Positions 25,651 to 38,600 are shown, counted from the stretch's first letter. The stretch: DNA of 63,984 bases from Octopus bimaculoides (GCF_001194135.2 NC_068984.1:14727932-14791915); one strand, 5' to 3'. A program made the numbers and translations. The notes: generated by a model not told the origin, from the letters alone.

Positions 25651-26268
25651 AGTACTGAGGTCAACCTTTTCGATATATGTACGCATGAGTGTGGTCGTTC
25701 GATACCGATGCGTGGAATCTTTAGCAAGAGACCTTAACATATTCAAGGTTCTCCTCATGCCTTTGTGAATGAAGACTGTGTAGAAGCCTGCGGATTGGAC
25801 TGTACTTGTAATTCAAAGGCCCAGCTCGTCAGTCTATGTTTCTGGAATACTCAGCCACATCGCATACTACTTTAATAAGTAGGTCATCAAGTTTATCGAA
25901 AAACTTATGTTCATACGTTGAAGTCGACGAGAATCCCCCATATATGTGTGTGAACGCGTGTGTATGTGTGTGTGTGTGTGTGTGTGGGCATAATGCAAGT
26001 GTTAACCGAAGCTACATAAGTCTAAACTAATAAACAGACGCATGTAAACAAATCTTTATTTTACAGTATTTCTCTGCAAAGAGAAAGAGTGCAGCTGACC
26101 TGATTTGTGTTTCGCCTCGAATTAGATCCTTCTTCAGAGACAACACTTCTTTCTGTCCGCTGGGAAATTCGCAGTTATATATAATTACTTTACGAGTCCA
26201 ATAGATATGACAGTATCAGCAAATTGGAGAGCCAATTTGCATATATATTAGTGTGTATAGAACTAGAT

Positions 26269-26850
26269 GTAGAGGCGCAATGGTCCAGTGGTTAGGGCAG
26301 CGGACTCGCGGTCGTAGAATCGCCGTTTCGATTCCCAGACCGGGCGTTGTTAATGTTTATTGAGCGAAAACACCTAAAGCTCCACGAGGCCTCCGGCAGG
26401 GAGTGATGGTGGACCCTTCTGTACTCTTTCACCACAACTTTCTCTCAAGTTTCTTCTTCTATAGCTCCGGGTCGACAAATTCGTTGTGAATAAATTGGAT
26501 AGACGGAAACTGTGTGAAAGCCCATTGTATATATATGTGTATTTGTGTGTGTGTCTGTGTCTGTGAGCGTGTGTGTGTGTGTGTGTATGCGTGTGCGTGT
26601 CTGTGTTTGTTCTCTGCGTGTGTGCGTGCGTGTGTGTATGTGCGTGTGTTTGTCCACCACTGCACCACCACTTGACCACCTATGCTGGTTTGTTTACATC
26701 CCTTAAGTTAGCAGTTCGGACAGTGAGATCGATAGATTAAGTATCGGATTTATAAAATAAATGCTGGCTGGAGAGCGATCTGTTTGATTAAATACCGAGG
26801 CAGTACACCAGCATGGCCGCAATTCAATGACGGAAACAAAATAAAGATAG
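26269..26850 (+). mobile_element. chimeric SINE: family C head fused to family A body and tail
   Basis: 26269-26450 matches the head of the 40390-40764 element; 26460-26850 matches family A. Confidence 0.65.
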
Positions 26851-29800
26851 AATATAATAACACTTACATATGAAAGTGAAAGTATATTTTAGTATGTAAA
26901 ATATTTTATATAAGAGTTACTATTTGTGTATTCATGTGTGTGTTTATCGGTGGAAACTGTTTGAACGCGAAAGACTAAGGAAGAAATTAATCCTCTTTTT
27001 TCATAATCAGCCATTTTGTTTGAAGGAAGCTTAAAAGCGTTGTTGTTGAGTAGCCCTAGGTCGGTCAACCTGATCTTCCAGACTTATAAGCAAAGCTATG
27101 CCGCTTGTGATTGTCCAACTTCCATATACAGCATCACATTATCCAATATAGTCTTGTTTTTGTCGTCATAATAAGAATTTATAAACTGAAAGAATGTGAA
27201 ATAATTCCGTTTTCGAACGATGTATCTCGAAGCAAAGACAGCTATATAAATAATAGTGTAGAACGTTTGTCATGTTTGCAAGAGATGTGGTTTCGTGTCC
27301 CACGGGTAGACTTCGTCTTTTTCTATCCAAAGGATTTTTAATCCAATATTTACACGTCATTATTTATACTTTTCTTTGCTTCGAGATACATCGTTCGTAT
27401 TCGTGTTTGTTTGTTTCTAGACGATAGGACATGATTTCAATGAGATTTGGCTGGTATTTCTTGCAGGTAGAAGCTCACGTGTGCAAGAGTTTGCGTATTT
27501 ACGAGTGTAATGCAAATCTGAAAATGAAGTCGCCATTCCGTCTACAAGTGGGTAAAGTTTAAAAGACATTGGTGAAATGGAATGCATTGGAATCATGGAA
27601 ATAATTAACCTTAGAGAATAGAAAAATGGCGACAAGATCAGCAACTGCAGCAGTAAAAGAAATCTGGTAAAACACAAGATGGATTTGAAAGAAAAATAAT
27701 ATCAAAAAACTCTGAGCTTGCGAAGGGAGAGAAAAATGATAAGGTGTGGAAGGAAAGCAAGTCACAGAGAGAATGAAAGAGATTAAGTGTTGTTGTTGTT
27801 GTTATGTGCGTGTGTTTGTGTGTGTGAGTGAGAGTGTGAGTGTGTGTGTGAGAGTGTGTGAGAATGTGTGTGTGTGTGTGTGAATCAGAGATAAAGAGAG
27901 ACAGAGAGAGATTAAAGCATAGTCGGTCTCTCAAATAGAGGGCATATTGAAAAGAGAGGAGCGACAGAGTGCATTTAGTAAGAGATAAGGAGAAGGACAG
28001 AGAGGAAGAATTAGATAGAATAACGAAAGAAAAAGAGAAAGAAATCTTGATAGAAAAAGAAGTGATTCAAAGAAAAACAGTAAATTAATGTTAAAAAAAC
28101 ACAAAGAGAAGAGACAAACAGATATGAGACAGTGAGAGAGAAAACGGGAGAAAGGAGAGAGAGAGAGAGAGAGAGAGAGAAATAAATGAAGAATACATGC
28201 GACAGATAGAGAAAGCTAGAGAGGAGAGAAAATGGATATTGATGGAATGAAGTAGAAAATATAAGAAGGATTTTTAAAATATAAGAAGTGCTGGAAATGA
28301 GAGAGATTGAAAGACAAAGGTGACAATCGAATAATTAGTGAGAGGAAGGGTGGAAGGAAAATATAGAAATGGAGAAGATAAAAACGATGTGGTGGGTGGG
28401 GGAGGGAGGAGAAAGGAAGATGCGTTTGCATAAAACTACATTGTTTGATCGAAGCAATGGGATATAGAAAAAAAAAGAGAGAGATGAAGAAATGGCGGTT
28501 GAAAGACGTTATTTTGAAGGATGCAAAAGATTGTGTATAATTTGAAGTGCAGAGAAAAAAATGGAGGGTTTAAAATGTTGAAAGAATGAAGAGGCCAACA
28601 GACAGAATCAGTCGATATTACAAATTTATGAAAGAATAAACTGAAAGGAAGAATTTGAAAAGTGAAAAAACTAGAAAAAAAAAATACTGAGAGAGAAATT
28701 TTATTTGTTGAAGAAAGGTAAACGAGAATGTGAAATGAGTTTCCGCGTTGATAGTATTGGAAATGTCAGAGCTAAGGTTGTGAAAAATGATTTAGTTATA
28801 CATTCTTAATCTTTTTACTTTACGCTTTTATTATTTATATTATTTCTTTATCTTTTTAATTTCGAACTATTGAAAAGCAGGAAAATAATGACAGAAGAAG
28901 CAGAAATGTGGATATATTGCTAAAATATTGCAAAGATATCAGATCTAGTCAATGAATTCTTTCTCGTAGGGTGGGTATGTTGGTAATTCTAGTTTGAATA
29001 ATGGCCGACATCGGTTTGTTCTGAAACGTCTCTGATAGTTTGCTTATAAATGGCTGAGTTTTTGGCTGTGTTTGAGTTTTAGAATCGACAGATGGAAGCA
29101 ATGGAAAGAAGATGGGAAAATAAAAAGAAACAGAAATCAAAAATGTTTCATCGTTTAATAATACTGGATATATTGAATGGAACATGTGCAAGTCGGAGAT
29201 TCTGCGAATTTATTAACAACGAAATGTGTAAAAAAAAAAAAAAAAGATGTATGCATTAAGACACATATACGCATGCAAAAATATATAAACACACACACAC
29301 ATATATAAATATATATNNNNNNNNNNNNNNNNNNNNNNNNNNNNNNNNNNNNNNNNNNNNNNNNNNNNNNNNNNNNNNNNNNNNNNNNNNNNNNNNNNNN
29401 NNNNNNNNNNNNNNNNNNNNNNNNNNNNNNNNNNNNNNNNNNNNNNNNNNNNNNNNNNNNNNNNNNNNNNNNNNNNNNNNNNNNNNNNNNNNNNNNNNNN
29501 NNNNNNNNNNNNNNNNNNNNNNNNNNNNNNNNNNNNNNNNNNNNNNNNNNNNNNNNNNNNNNNNNNNNNNNNNNNNNNNNNNNNNNNNNNNNNNNNNNNN
29601 NNNNNNNNNNNNNNNNNNNNNNNNNNNNNNNNNNNNNNNNNNNNNNNNNNNNNNNNNNNNNNNNNNNNNNNNNNNNNNNNNNNNNNNNNNNNNNNNNNNN
29701 NNNNNNNNNNNNNNNNNNNNNNNNNNNNNNNNNNNNNNNNNNNNNNNNNNNNNNNNNNNNNNNNNNNNNNNNNNNNNNNNNNNNNNNNNNNNNNNNNNNN

Positions 29801-30101
29801 NNNNNNNNNNNNNNNTTTTTTTTTTTTTTTTTTTTGTCTGTGGCATTTTTATTCAGACAAACCTGCAGCAGTAGTTTGACAGCAGACCTTACCTTGCAAC
29901 CTTTATCTTTATATTGTGTGTATATATGCTTTCATATATACCTAAGTGAGATTCGGAAAAAAAAAATTTGTAGAATGCTGTACAAAGCTCATCCACAGTC
30001 ATTGGCTAACTGATGTCATCATCCAGGATAAATGCACGTGCTACTGGATATACATCAGGAACTCCATAGTTTCCGTAGGGTGTGTATAAATAGACAAATG
30101 A

Positions 30102-30159
30102 CATAAAATGGAATTAACGATATCCATTATTTAAAGAATGTCGTTAATTCCATTTTATG
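30102..30159. other. perfect 22-bp hairpin with a 14-nt loop
   Basis: CATAAAATGGAATTAACGATAT / ATGTCGTTAATTCCATTTTATG (one G-T pair). Confidence 0.8.
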
Positions 30160-30237
30160 CTATTTCTTTATATGTGTGTGTGAGTGTATATATATATATA
30201 TATATGTATCTGTATATCTATGTATGTATATATTGTT

Positions 30238-30445
30238 CTTTTATTTTTTTACTTGTTTCAGTCACTCGACTGTGGTCTTGCTGGAGCACCGCCTTTAGTC
30301 GAACAAGTCGACCCCAGAACTTATTCTTTGCAAGCTTAATACTTATTCTATCGGTCTTTTTGCTGAAACGCTAAGTTACGGGGACGCAAACACACCAACA
30401 TCGATTGTCAAGCAATGGTGGGAGGACAAACACAGACACACCAAT
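30238..30445 (-). mobile_element. SINE family A 3' half
   Basis: gctggagcaccgcctttagtcgaacaagtcgacccc..ctaagttacgggg. Confidence 0.8.
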
Positions 30446-30801
30446 ACCAACATACATATATATATATATATATATATAGCTACACACAATTACACATTCT
30501 CACATACACAACGCACGCGCAATAGATAACAACAGGTAAATAGGTAACAACAAGTAAATATACACTTCCAATGTAACAGAGGCAATATGAACATTTTGTA
30601 GAAAACCAACTGTAACATAAAGGGAAAATAGTGTCTCGTAAATATCCAGGAAACGCTGATTGAAGTCTTTTACTCGTGTATGAATATACATCTCATGTAA
30701 TTAAAATATGATTATAAATAGCGACCGAGTGAAGTATACAAAGAACATCAAATACATACGAGTATATTTATACACAGAGACATATACGCATATAAACCAC
30801 C

Positions 30802-30838
<37 letters not shown>

Positions 30839-31399
30839 TATATTTATGTATATATATATATATATATATGNNNNNNNNNNNNNNNNNNNNNNNNNNNNNN
30901 NNNNNNNNNNNNNNNNNNNNNNNNNNNNNNNNNNNNNNNNNNNNNNNNNNNNNNNNNNNNNNNNNNNNNNNNNNNNNNNNNNNNNNNNNNNNNNNNNNNN
31001 NNNNNNNNNNNNNNNNNNNNNNNNNNNNNNNNNNNNNNNNNNNNNNNNNNNNNNNNNNNNNNNNNNNNNNNNNNNNNNNNNNNNNNNNNNNNNNNNNNNN
31101 NNNNNNNNNNNNNNNNNNNNNNNNNNNNNNNNNNNNNNNNNNNNNNNNNNNNNNNNNNNNNNNNNNNNNNNNNNNNNNNNNNNNNNNNNNNNNNNNNNNN
31201 NNNNNNNNNNNNNNNNNNNNNNNNNNNNNNNNNNNNNNNNNNNNNNNNNNNNNNNNNNNNNNNNNNNNNNNNNNNNNTATATATATATATATATAAATAT
31301 ATGTGTGTGACTAGTTTACTAAGCACCAACGCATGTAAATCTCAGTCCTCGGGTCATTCTCTTTTTTCTGCTAAATATTAAGATAGATAGATAGATATA

Positions 31400-31610
31400 G
31401 GCCGAGCTGGCAGAAACATTGGCACGCCGAGCGAAATGCTTAACGGTATTTCGTCTGTCTACGTTTTCAGTTCAAATTCCAGCGAGGTCAGCTTTGTCTT
31501 TCATCCTTTCGGAGTCGATAAATTAAGTACCAGTTGCGTACAGGGGTCGAGCTAATCGACTGGTCCCCTCCCCCAAAATTTCGGGCCTTGTGCCGAGAGT
31601 AGAAAAAGAT
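31400..31610 (+). mobile_element. SINE family B
   Basis: ccgagctggcagaaac..gcctttcatcc-like core..gggccttgtgcc tail variant. Confidence 0.85.
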
Positions 31611-32064
31611 ATGTGTGTGTGTATGCCTATTAAATGCGTGTGTGTAGTTATATATAAATACATGTATATGTTATAAATATATGTGAGTGTAACTTAAGTG
31701 TCGAAAATAATTATCAAATCAGAAAGTCTGTCTAACATCGAATGAGGTTTGAGTGATAGAAATGGACTTGCAATCAAGGCGTGTGTAAAATCCACACAAG
31801 AAGGTTAAGATTTACTGAACGAGCAGCATATTATTGATANNNNNNNNNNGCTTATATATGTATATGCATGTACATGCATACTTGTATAACTTTACGTAAC
31901 GTATATTTGTATGTGTGCCTCTGTGTATGTGTGTGTGTGCGTGTGTGGATGGAAAATATGCATGCATGAGTATATAATTTACATTATGGTTTGGAAATAT
32001 AAATGAAACATTTTTCATATATTTGTGAATATATTATAATTACACACACACATATATACACACA

Positions 32065-32110
<46 letters not shown>

Positions 32111-33435
32111 CATCCAGTTCGCTTAATCTCATTCGAAATAATGTGATTCCTTATTAACGCAAGCTATATTAGTAAGTAAAAGAAAATGTGGACATAAGAG
32201 AATTCAAAATAAGTGACAGCTCTAAAAGTAGTCATGTGACAATATCTAGCCTCGTTCTGTTTGAATAAATTCATCTAAAGAAAGTTGATGCCACGTCTAA
32301 GAATCTAGACTTATTTATTGACCAACCAGGCGTATTAAAAATCAGTTACATCGCCAAAATGATCGGTCTTTCATTTCATGCTTGATTTCTTCTGCTTAAC
32401 TCAGAAAATGTGTCTCATTCCATCGTGTTTCGACCACTTCAGTACACTTTGAAAGCATTATTGCTAAGAGCAACATTTCATACAAATATTTGCTTTTCAT
32501 TTATTCTGCACGGAACTATTGACGCTAACTTCTGTCCTAGTTTCAAAACTTTTCAATGCTAACTCTAAACGATTTTTGCGTATATAGCGTATTATGAATG
32601 TGTGGAAGCTGGTTTTCGTTGTACGCTATGATGAAGAGTGTCATATTGATGTGTTGATATATTTATCAAGTATTTCTATAATTTGAAGATACACAGGTTC
32701 TGAGACTTCAGTCTCCATCTACAGTCAATGTATAAAGTACATGGCGATTATGCAGCAATGTCAATACACAGATATTCATGAGTGTGTATTTTTGAGTATG
32801 CATATATGTATCTATATGTATGTAAGTATGCGAGTGTATGTATATGCGAGTGTATGTATATGCGCGCGTGTGCACGTCTACATATCTACAAGGTATACGC
32901 ATATACATACGTATATATATATATACTTAAGTGAGTATATATCCATATACATAGCTATACATATGCATGCATATACCTATATATATATGTATACAAACAT
33001 ATATATATATATATGTATAAATACATATACATAGTACACATGTATANNNNNNNNNNNNNNNNNNNNNNNNNNNNNNNNNNNNNNNNNNNNNNNNNNNNNN
33101 NNNNNNNNNNNNNNNNNNNNNNNNNNNNNNNNNNNNNNNNNNNNNNNNNNNNNNNNNNNNNNNNNNNNNNNNNNNNNNNNNNNNNNNNNNNNNNNNNNNN
33201 NNNNNNNNNNNNNNNNNNNNNNNNNNNNNNNNNNNNNNNNNNNNNNNNNNNNNNNNNNNNNNNNNNNNNNNNNNNNNNNNNNNNNNNNNNNNNNNNNNNN
33301 NNNNNNNNNNNNNNNNNNNNNNNNNNNNNNNNNNNNNNNNNNNNNNNNNNNNNNNNNNNNNNNNNNNNNNNNNNNNNNNNNNNNNNNNNNNNNNNNNNNN
33401 NNNNNNNNNNNNNNNNNNNNNNNNNNNNNNNNNNN

Positions 33436-33467
<32 letters not shown>

Positions 33468-33470
<3 letters not shown>

Positions 33471-33755
33471 AGAGCACTTCGTCGGTTACGACGACGAGGG
33501 TCCCAGCTGATACGATCAACGGAACAGCTTGCTCGTGAAATTAACGTCCAAGTTAACGTAGTTCTCAGGGAGATTCAGCGTGACACAGGGTGTGACAAGG
33601 TTCGCCCTTTAACATACAGGTACTACTCATTTTTGCCAGCTGAGTGGACTGGAGCATCGTGATATAAAGTGTCTTGCTCAAGGACACAACGCTTCGCCGG
33701 GAACTGAACTCACGACCTTACGATCGTGAGCCAAATGCCGTACCCACTAAGCCTC
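33468..33755 (-). mobile_element. SINE family D (different head and core, same 3' tail as family C)
   Basis: Tail gatcaacggaacagc..gctcgtgaaattaacgt shared with 40430-40470; core gttgtgtccttgagcaagacact..ccagtccactcagctgg. Confidence 0.8.
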
Positions 33756-33875
33756 GCTCTTTTCCATTTGTGTCTTTCTTTGTTCGAAAGAATAGTTCAT
33801 GTTCCATGTACTCGTGCTTCGCACTTTTTTGTTGTACACGTTTCGTGACGTCCTGTGCTCACATATGTGTATATA

Positions 33876-33917
<42 letters not shown>

Positions 33918-34365
33918 TATGTATGTATGTATATGTATATATATATATATATATAATAGATGTAAGTATGAGCATATACGTATGTATACATGTATATATA
34001 TATATATATAATATAATTATGATAATAATATTAGGGATAAAAATCCAAATTTACAGGGGATCTTCAGTTTAATTTAATTTATCAAAATTTAAATTAATTT
34101 GAATTTCACAATATATAATATATAATTTAGAGAAAAAAAACCACAATTATTGAATTCATCCATGAAAATCCACAATCACATATAGAAAAATTTAATAAGT
34201 AATATATATGTGTGTGTGTGTTATGTATGTATATGTGAGTGTGTGTGTTTTATTAAACCATATAACCATATATTACTATGTATTACTTTTTAATGCATTC
34301 TACTCATGCAATGAGTTCATGACTTGGTATTTTCAAATATTATATTTTTGTTTATTTTCATTTCA

Positions 34366-34500
34366 GGTTTTCCGAAAATTTTCGTGGGTTTACTATTGAA
34401 AGAATCCTCTGCTGTTTGATCCCGGACGACGGACGTGTATGAGGAAGAGACACTTAATGAATTAACCAAATTTTTTATTGTTGTACAGTAAAGTATAACG
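34366..34500 (+). other. candidate exon start (end undefined)
   Basis: Strong acceptor ttttgtttattttcatttcAG begins a non-repetitive block (34366-35160); all three frames stop within ~80 nt. Confidence 0.25.
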
Positions 34501-35870
34501 ATGATGACTGTAAGTACTGCTGTGCTCCATGTGTAATACTAAGCGGTACCATGGTCATACATTTGTACGAATTTTTGTCAGGAGTTGTGTAGTCTGAGAT
34601 CAATCCCGCCTCACTGCACCGTTATGGATTGATGTAGTCTGTTGCTATACAGAACACTTCAATGCTGCACACTATTATGGATTGTTATAACCAACTGCTG
34701 CATTAGGCAGAAACAGTCTGACCTTCACTGTATGGGCAGTTGTTAACTTCGATTAATTCCTGTTCGGCCCAGTATAGACTGTTGAAATCGATACAATTTT
34801 ATCTACCCCGTTAAAATTGGCCGCTGTAATAGATCGATACTGTCTCAACGAAAATAACTAGGTGCGCAACAAAAACATAACTTCATATTCGGAAATCAGA
34901 AATAGCTGCATTTACAGGAAAATCAGCCAATCTCACAAAAGTAGTTGCAAACACGTGGTAAAAATAGTAACGTAACACAATACAAGACAGTTATACGCAC
35001 GACATCAGAATCAGTTAAATATCCGACAACAAACTTCCATACTCAACAAAAGCTGCAACCACACACTCACACAGGCAGATAAGCACATAAGCACACACAA
35101 ACACACACAAAACCACCACCGACAACAACAACAAAACTAGTTACATGCTGAATAAAAAAAACGATTACTTTATGCAAGGTGGTAAAAATAGATTCATGGC
35201 AGTATGAAAAAGTATCGATAGAAATGAAAGCGTTTAGGGATAATAATGAAAAGCAAAAACTACATGTACAGGTTTTTGGTTAATAGAAGTAGTAACAGAA
35301 ACCAGATTTGTTAAGGTCAGTCCGGTTTATTTGTTTAAAAGATTAATTATAATTGAAAGTATTGTACGTCAGTGATTTCAGGTCCCAGCATTGGGTATAG
35401 TTCTTGATTTTTTTTATATATATATTTCAATAATTAATACAGAACTGAGTTTAAATTCCGTTAGATGAAAAATAATTATTCTTTTAATTATTATCGAAGT
35501 AATTACACATAGAAGTCGTTAGTCCAGCAGTGGGTATAGCTCTTGATTTTTTTATACAGAAATATTTCAACAATAACTATATAATTGAGTTTATATTCTG
35601 TTAGAATAGTTATTTTTCTTAGTCTTTTCTAATGTTTAACATGGTCTTCAGTCTTATCGTACATCAGTTTCAAAAAAGCATTGGAATAAAGGCTTAGTAA
35701 AGACCTATAAATTCTTCCGAAAACTTTAGCCTTCCTTCAGTGTAAGTTGACCATCTCTTATGTAGACACCCATAAAATACTGCTTAGTTTATAGAAACAA
35801 TTATTTGCACGATCGAATAGTATCTTTGGAATAGTCTTTAAATAATGATTGCTTCCTATATTACACGCAG

Positions 35871-36057
35871 CAACGTTCAGTGAGATCAAAAATATAATTC
35901 CTTCAACAAGAACAGTTCATACTGGCAAATGATACCGAAGAAATTTCTCCTTTATGATTTGATCGTTCGCAACAACAGACGGACCAAATGTGTGTGCACA
36001 CCAAGGACACGAACGGCTGACAATAGAAAATACCAACTGAATCTGCGCACGACAACG
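35871..36057 (+). other. candidate exon of the mir-981 host transcript
   Basis: Acceptor gcttcctatattacacgcAG (35869-70) and strong donor ACG|GTAAGC (GT at 36058-59) immediately 5' of the hairpin. Confidence 0.45.
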
Positions 36058-36061
36058 GTAA

Positions 36062-36139
36062 GCTATTTTGACGGGTTTCGTGACAGACGAGCATGAAATA
36101 TGTATTTGTTCGTTGTCGACGAAACCTGCCTGAAATAGC
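36062..36139 (+). ncRNA. mir-981: microRNA precursor mir-981 (Mir-76 family); mature 3p ~36109-36131
   Basis: TTCGTTGTCGACGAAACCTGCCT matches the protostome miR-981-3p mature sequence as I recall it. The 5p arm ACGGGTTTCGTGACAGACGAGC (36071-36092) pairs with it, and a basal stem GCTATTT/AAATAGC closes the hairpin. Confidence 0.93.
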
Positions 36140-36493
36140 CAACCAAGACACGATTAAAAACAAACCAAGAGACTGAATCTAAGAGCAGCCTAAGATCACC
36201 AATCGATGCCAACTAACGTTCAACTATTTTCACCTTTTGGAATAAAAAAGAAAAGAATTAAAAATTTAAATTTAAAAGTATTCAAATTTTAGTTTGATTT
36301 CTCACCACGTACAAATGAAACGTTAAAAATCTTTATTTTTTTTTTATGTGGTGAGCGCCATAAAACAAACGGCAACCTGAGTCGTTTCAGTTTCTGTCTT
36401 CGATTGAAGAATTATTTCATTCATGTTCTTATTACTATTGAAGAAAAACATGAACATCACAATTTCCCAATTCTCTTTTCCTTTGTATCTAAG

Positions 36494-36540
36494 CAAAATA
36501 AACCAAAACCTAACGCCAGTGTGTGTTAGTACAACATGAG
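36494..36540 (+). other. candidate downstream exon of the mir-981 host transcript
   Basis: Pyrimidine tract ttctcttttcctttgtatctaAG, then donor GAG|GTAAGC at 36541. Confidence 0.4.
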
Positions 36541-36714
36541 GTAAGCTCCTTGCAATTCGAGTCAGTCGCGCGTTTTCGATTCTTTGTTTTTAAAAAAAAG
36601 CCGTTTCTTTTGTTTTATACGGTGTGTGGTTATTTGCATGTGGGCTACAAGGGAAATATCAAGCATGTGACAAAATGTCTTGGTACTATGTTACTTCTGA
36701 GTTCAATTTCAACC

Positions 36715-37180
36715 AAGATTCACATTACCTTTCATCCCTTCAGGGTCAATAAAATAAGTACCAGTTGAACACTGGGGTCGATATAATTCACTTATCTCCC
36801 CTCCCCCACTAAAACTGATGACCTTGTGCCAAAATTTGAAATGATTATTATTGTGAAGAAAGCGGTGAACAGGTGTTAACGTGTCGAAAAAATGTCTGTT
36901 GGCCTTTCTTCCAGTTCTTTACATTCTGACCGCAAATTCTACCGAAGTCGACTTTGCCTTTCATACTTCTGGGGTCGATAAAACAAAGTACCAGTTTAGT
37001 TCTGAGGTAGAATGAATCGACTAACCTCTCCCACTAAAATTCATGATCTGGTTCTAAAATTTGAAATAACTAATATTTTGAAAAATTTTACGTTGGCAGA
37101 ATCGTTAGCGCATCGGATAAAATTCATTGAGGTATTTGTTCTGGATCGTTATGTTCTGAGCTCAAACACCGCTAAGAACA
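36715..37180 (+). mobile_element. cluster of three tandem SINE family B fragments
   Basis: Repeated cctttcatcc/gcctttcatac cores at ~36730 and ~36958; head ttggcagaatcgttagcg at ~37094. Confidence 0.7.
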
Positions 37181-37258
37181 ATTCTTCCCCATTAACACTG
37201 TCGGATTCTATAAAATACAGTATCAATCAAGTATTGGGTGGATGTAATCAAATTATGC

Positions 37259-38099
37259 NNNNNNNNNNNNNNNNNNNNNNNNNNNNNNNNNNNNNNNNNN
37301 NNNNNNNNNNNNNNNNNNNNNNNNNNNNNNNNNNNNNNNNNNNNNNNNNNNNNNNNNNNNNNNNNNNNNNNNNNNNNNNNNNNNNNNNNNNNNNNNNNNN
37401 NNNNNNNNNNNNNNNNNNNNNNNNNNNNNNNNNNNNNNNNNNNNNNNNNNNNNNNNNNNNNNNNNNNNNNNNNNNNNNNNNNNNNNNNNNNNNNNNNNNN
37501 NNNNNNNNNNNNNNNNNNNNNNNNNNNNNNNNNNNNNNNNNNNNNNNNNNNNNNNNNNNNNNNNNNNNNNNNNNNNNNNNNNNNNNNNNNNNNNNNNNNN
37601 NNNNNNNNNNNNNNNNNNNNNNNNNNNNNNNNNNNNNNNNNNNNNNNNNNNNNNNNNNNNNNNNNNNNNNNNNNNNNNNNNNNNNNNNNNNNNNNNNNNN
37701 NNNNNNNNNNNNNNNNNNNNNNNNNNNNNNNNNNNNNNNNNNNNNNNNNNNNNNNNNNNNNNNNNNNNNNNNNNNNNNNNNNNNNNNNNNNNNNNNNNNN
37801 NNNNNNNNNNNNNNNNNNNNNNNNNNNNNNNNNNNNNNNNNNNNNNNNNNNNNNNNNNNNNNNNNNNNNNNNNNNNNNNNNNNNNNNNNNNNNNNNNNNN
37901 NNNNNNNNNNNNNNNNNNNNNNNNNNNNNNNNNNNNNNNNNNNNNNNNNNNNNNNNNNNNNNNNNNNNNNNNNNNNNNNNNNNNNNNNNNNNNNNNNNNN
38001 NNNNNNNNNNNNNNNNNNNNNNNNNNNNNNNNNNNNNNNNNNNNNNNNNNNNNNNNNNNNNNNNNNNNNNNNNNNNNNNNNNNNNNNNNNNNNNNNNNN
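37259..38099. other. largest assembly gap (N run)
   Basis: Direct reading; most of the many gaps are flanked by microsatellites. Confidence 1.
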
Positions 38100-38109
38100 T
38101 ATATATACA

Positions 38110-38255
38110 CACGACGGGCTTCTTTCAGTTTCCGTCTACCAAATCTACTCACAAGGCTAAAAGACACTTACCCAAGGTGCCACGCAGTGGGACTGAACCC
38201 AGAACCATGTGGTTGGGATGCAAGCTTCTTACTACACAGCCATTCCTGTGCCTAT
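38110..38255 (-). mobile_element. SINE family A 5' half with internal deletion
   Basis: acgacgggcttctttcagtttccgtctacc..gtgccacgcagtgggactgaaccc. Confidence 0.8.
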
Positions 38256-38299
38256 TATATAAAAAAAAAGGGACAGAAAGCTAAGTTTATATACGTAAC

Positions 38300-38600
38300 A
38301 TGTGAAATCGCGTGGCCTAGGTGTTCACGATCGTCGGATTGTGGGCTCAATTTCCGAACGGAGCAGTGCGTTGTGTTCTTGAGCAAACCACTTCATTTCA
38401 TGTTGCTCCAGTCTACTCAGCTGTAAACGGGTCACCACCCTGCGACAGAATAGCCTTCCGACCAAGGGGTGGATTTGTCAACCTGCTTTCCTAGAGAGCG
38501 GGGTGGCATTATCCGAAAGCTACAGCAATGCGAAGTGCATTGTGACCGGCGATGTATAACAACATCTGGTCGTCTGGTCGTCGATTACGTGATCACGTGA
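38300..38600 (+). mobile_element. SINE family E (core shared with family D)
   Basis: gttgtgttcttgagcaaaccactt..gctccagtctactcagctg. Confidence 0.65.

Noticed and set aside
27108-27125. tgattgtccaa, resembling the miR-219 5' end
   Set aside because: The match stops after 11 nt and there is no hairpin.
34705-34845. Minus-strand peptide ..ANFNGVDKIVSISTVYTGAEQELIEVNNCPYSEGQTVSA*
   Set aside because: No recognisable homology and a weak acceptor; short open frames are expected by chance.
35903-36163. 86-aa minus-strand ORF (GRFRRQRTNTYF..), superficially GPCR-like
   Set aside because: Antisense to the mir-981 hairpin; no transmembrane pattern.
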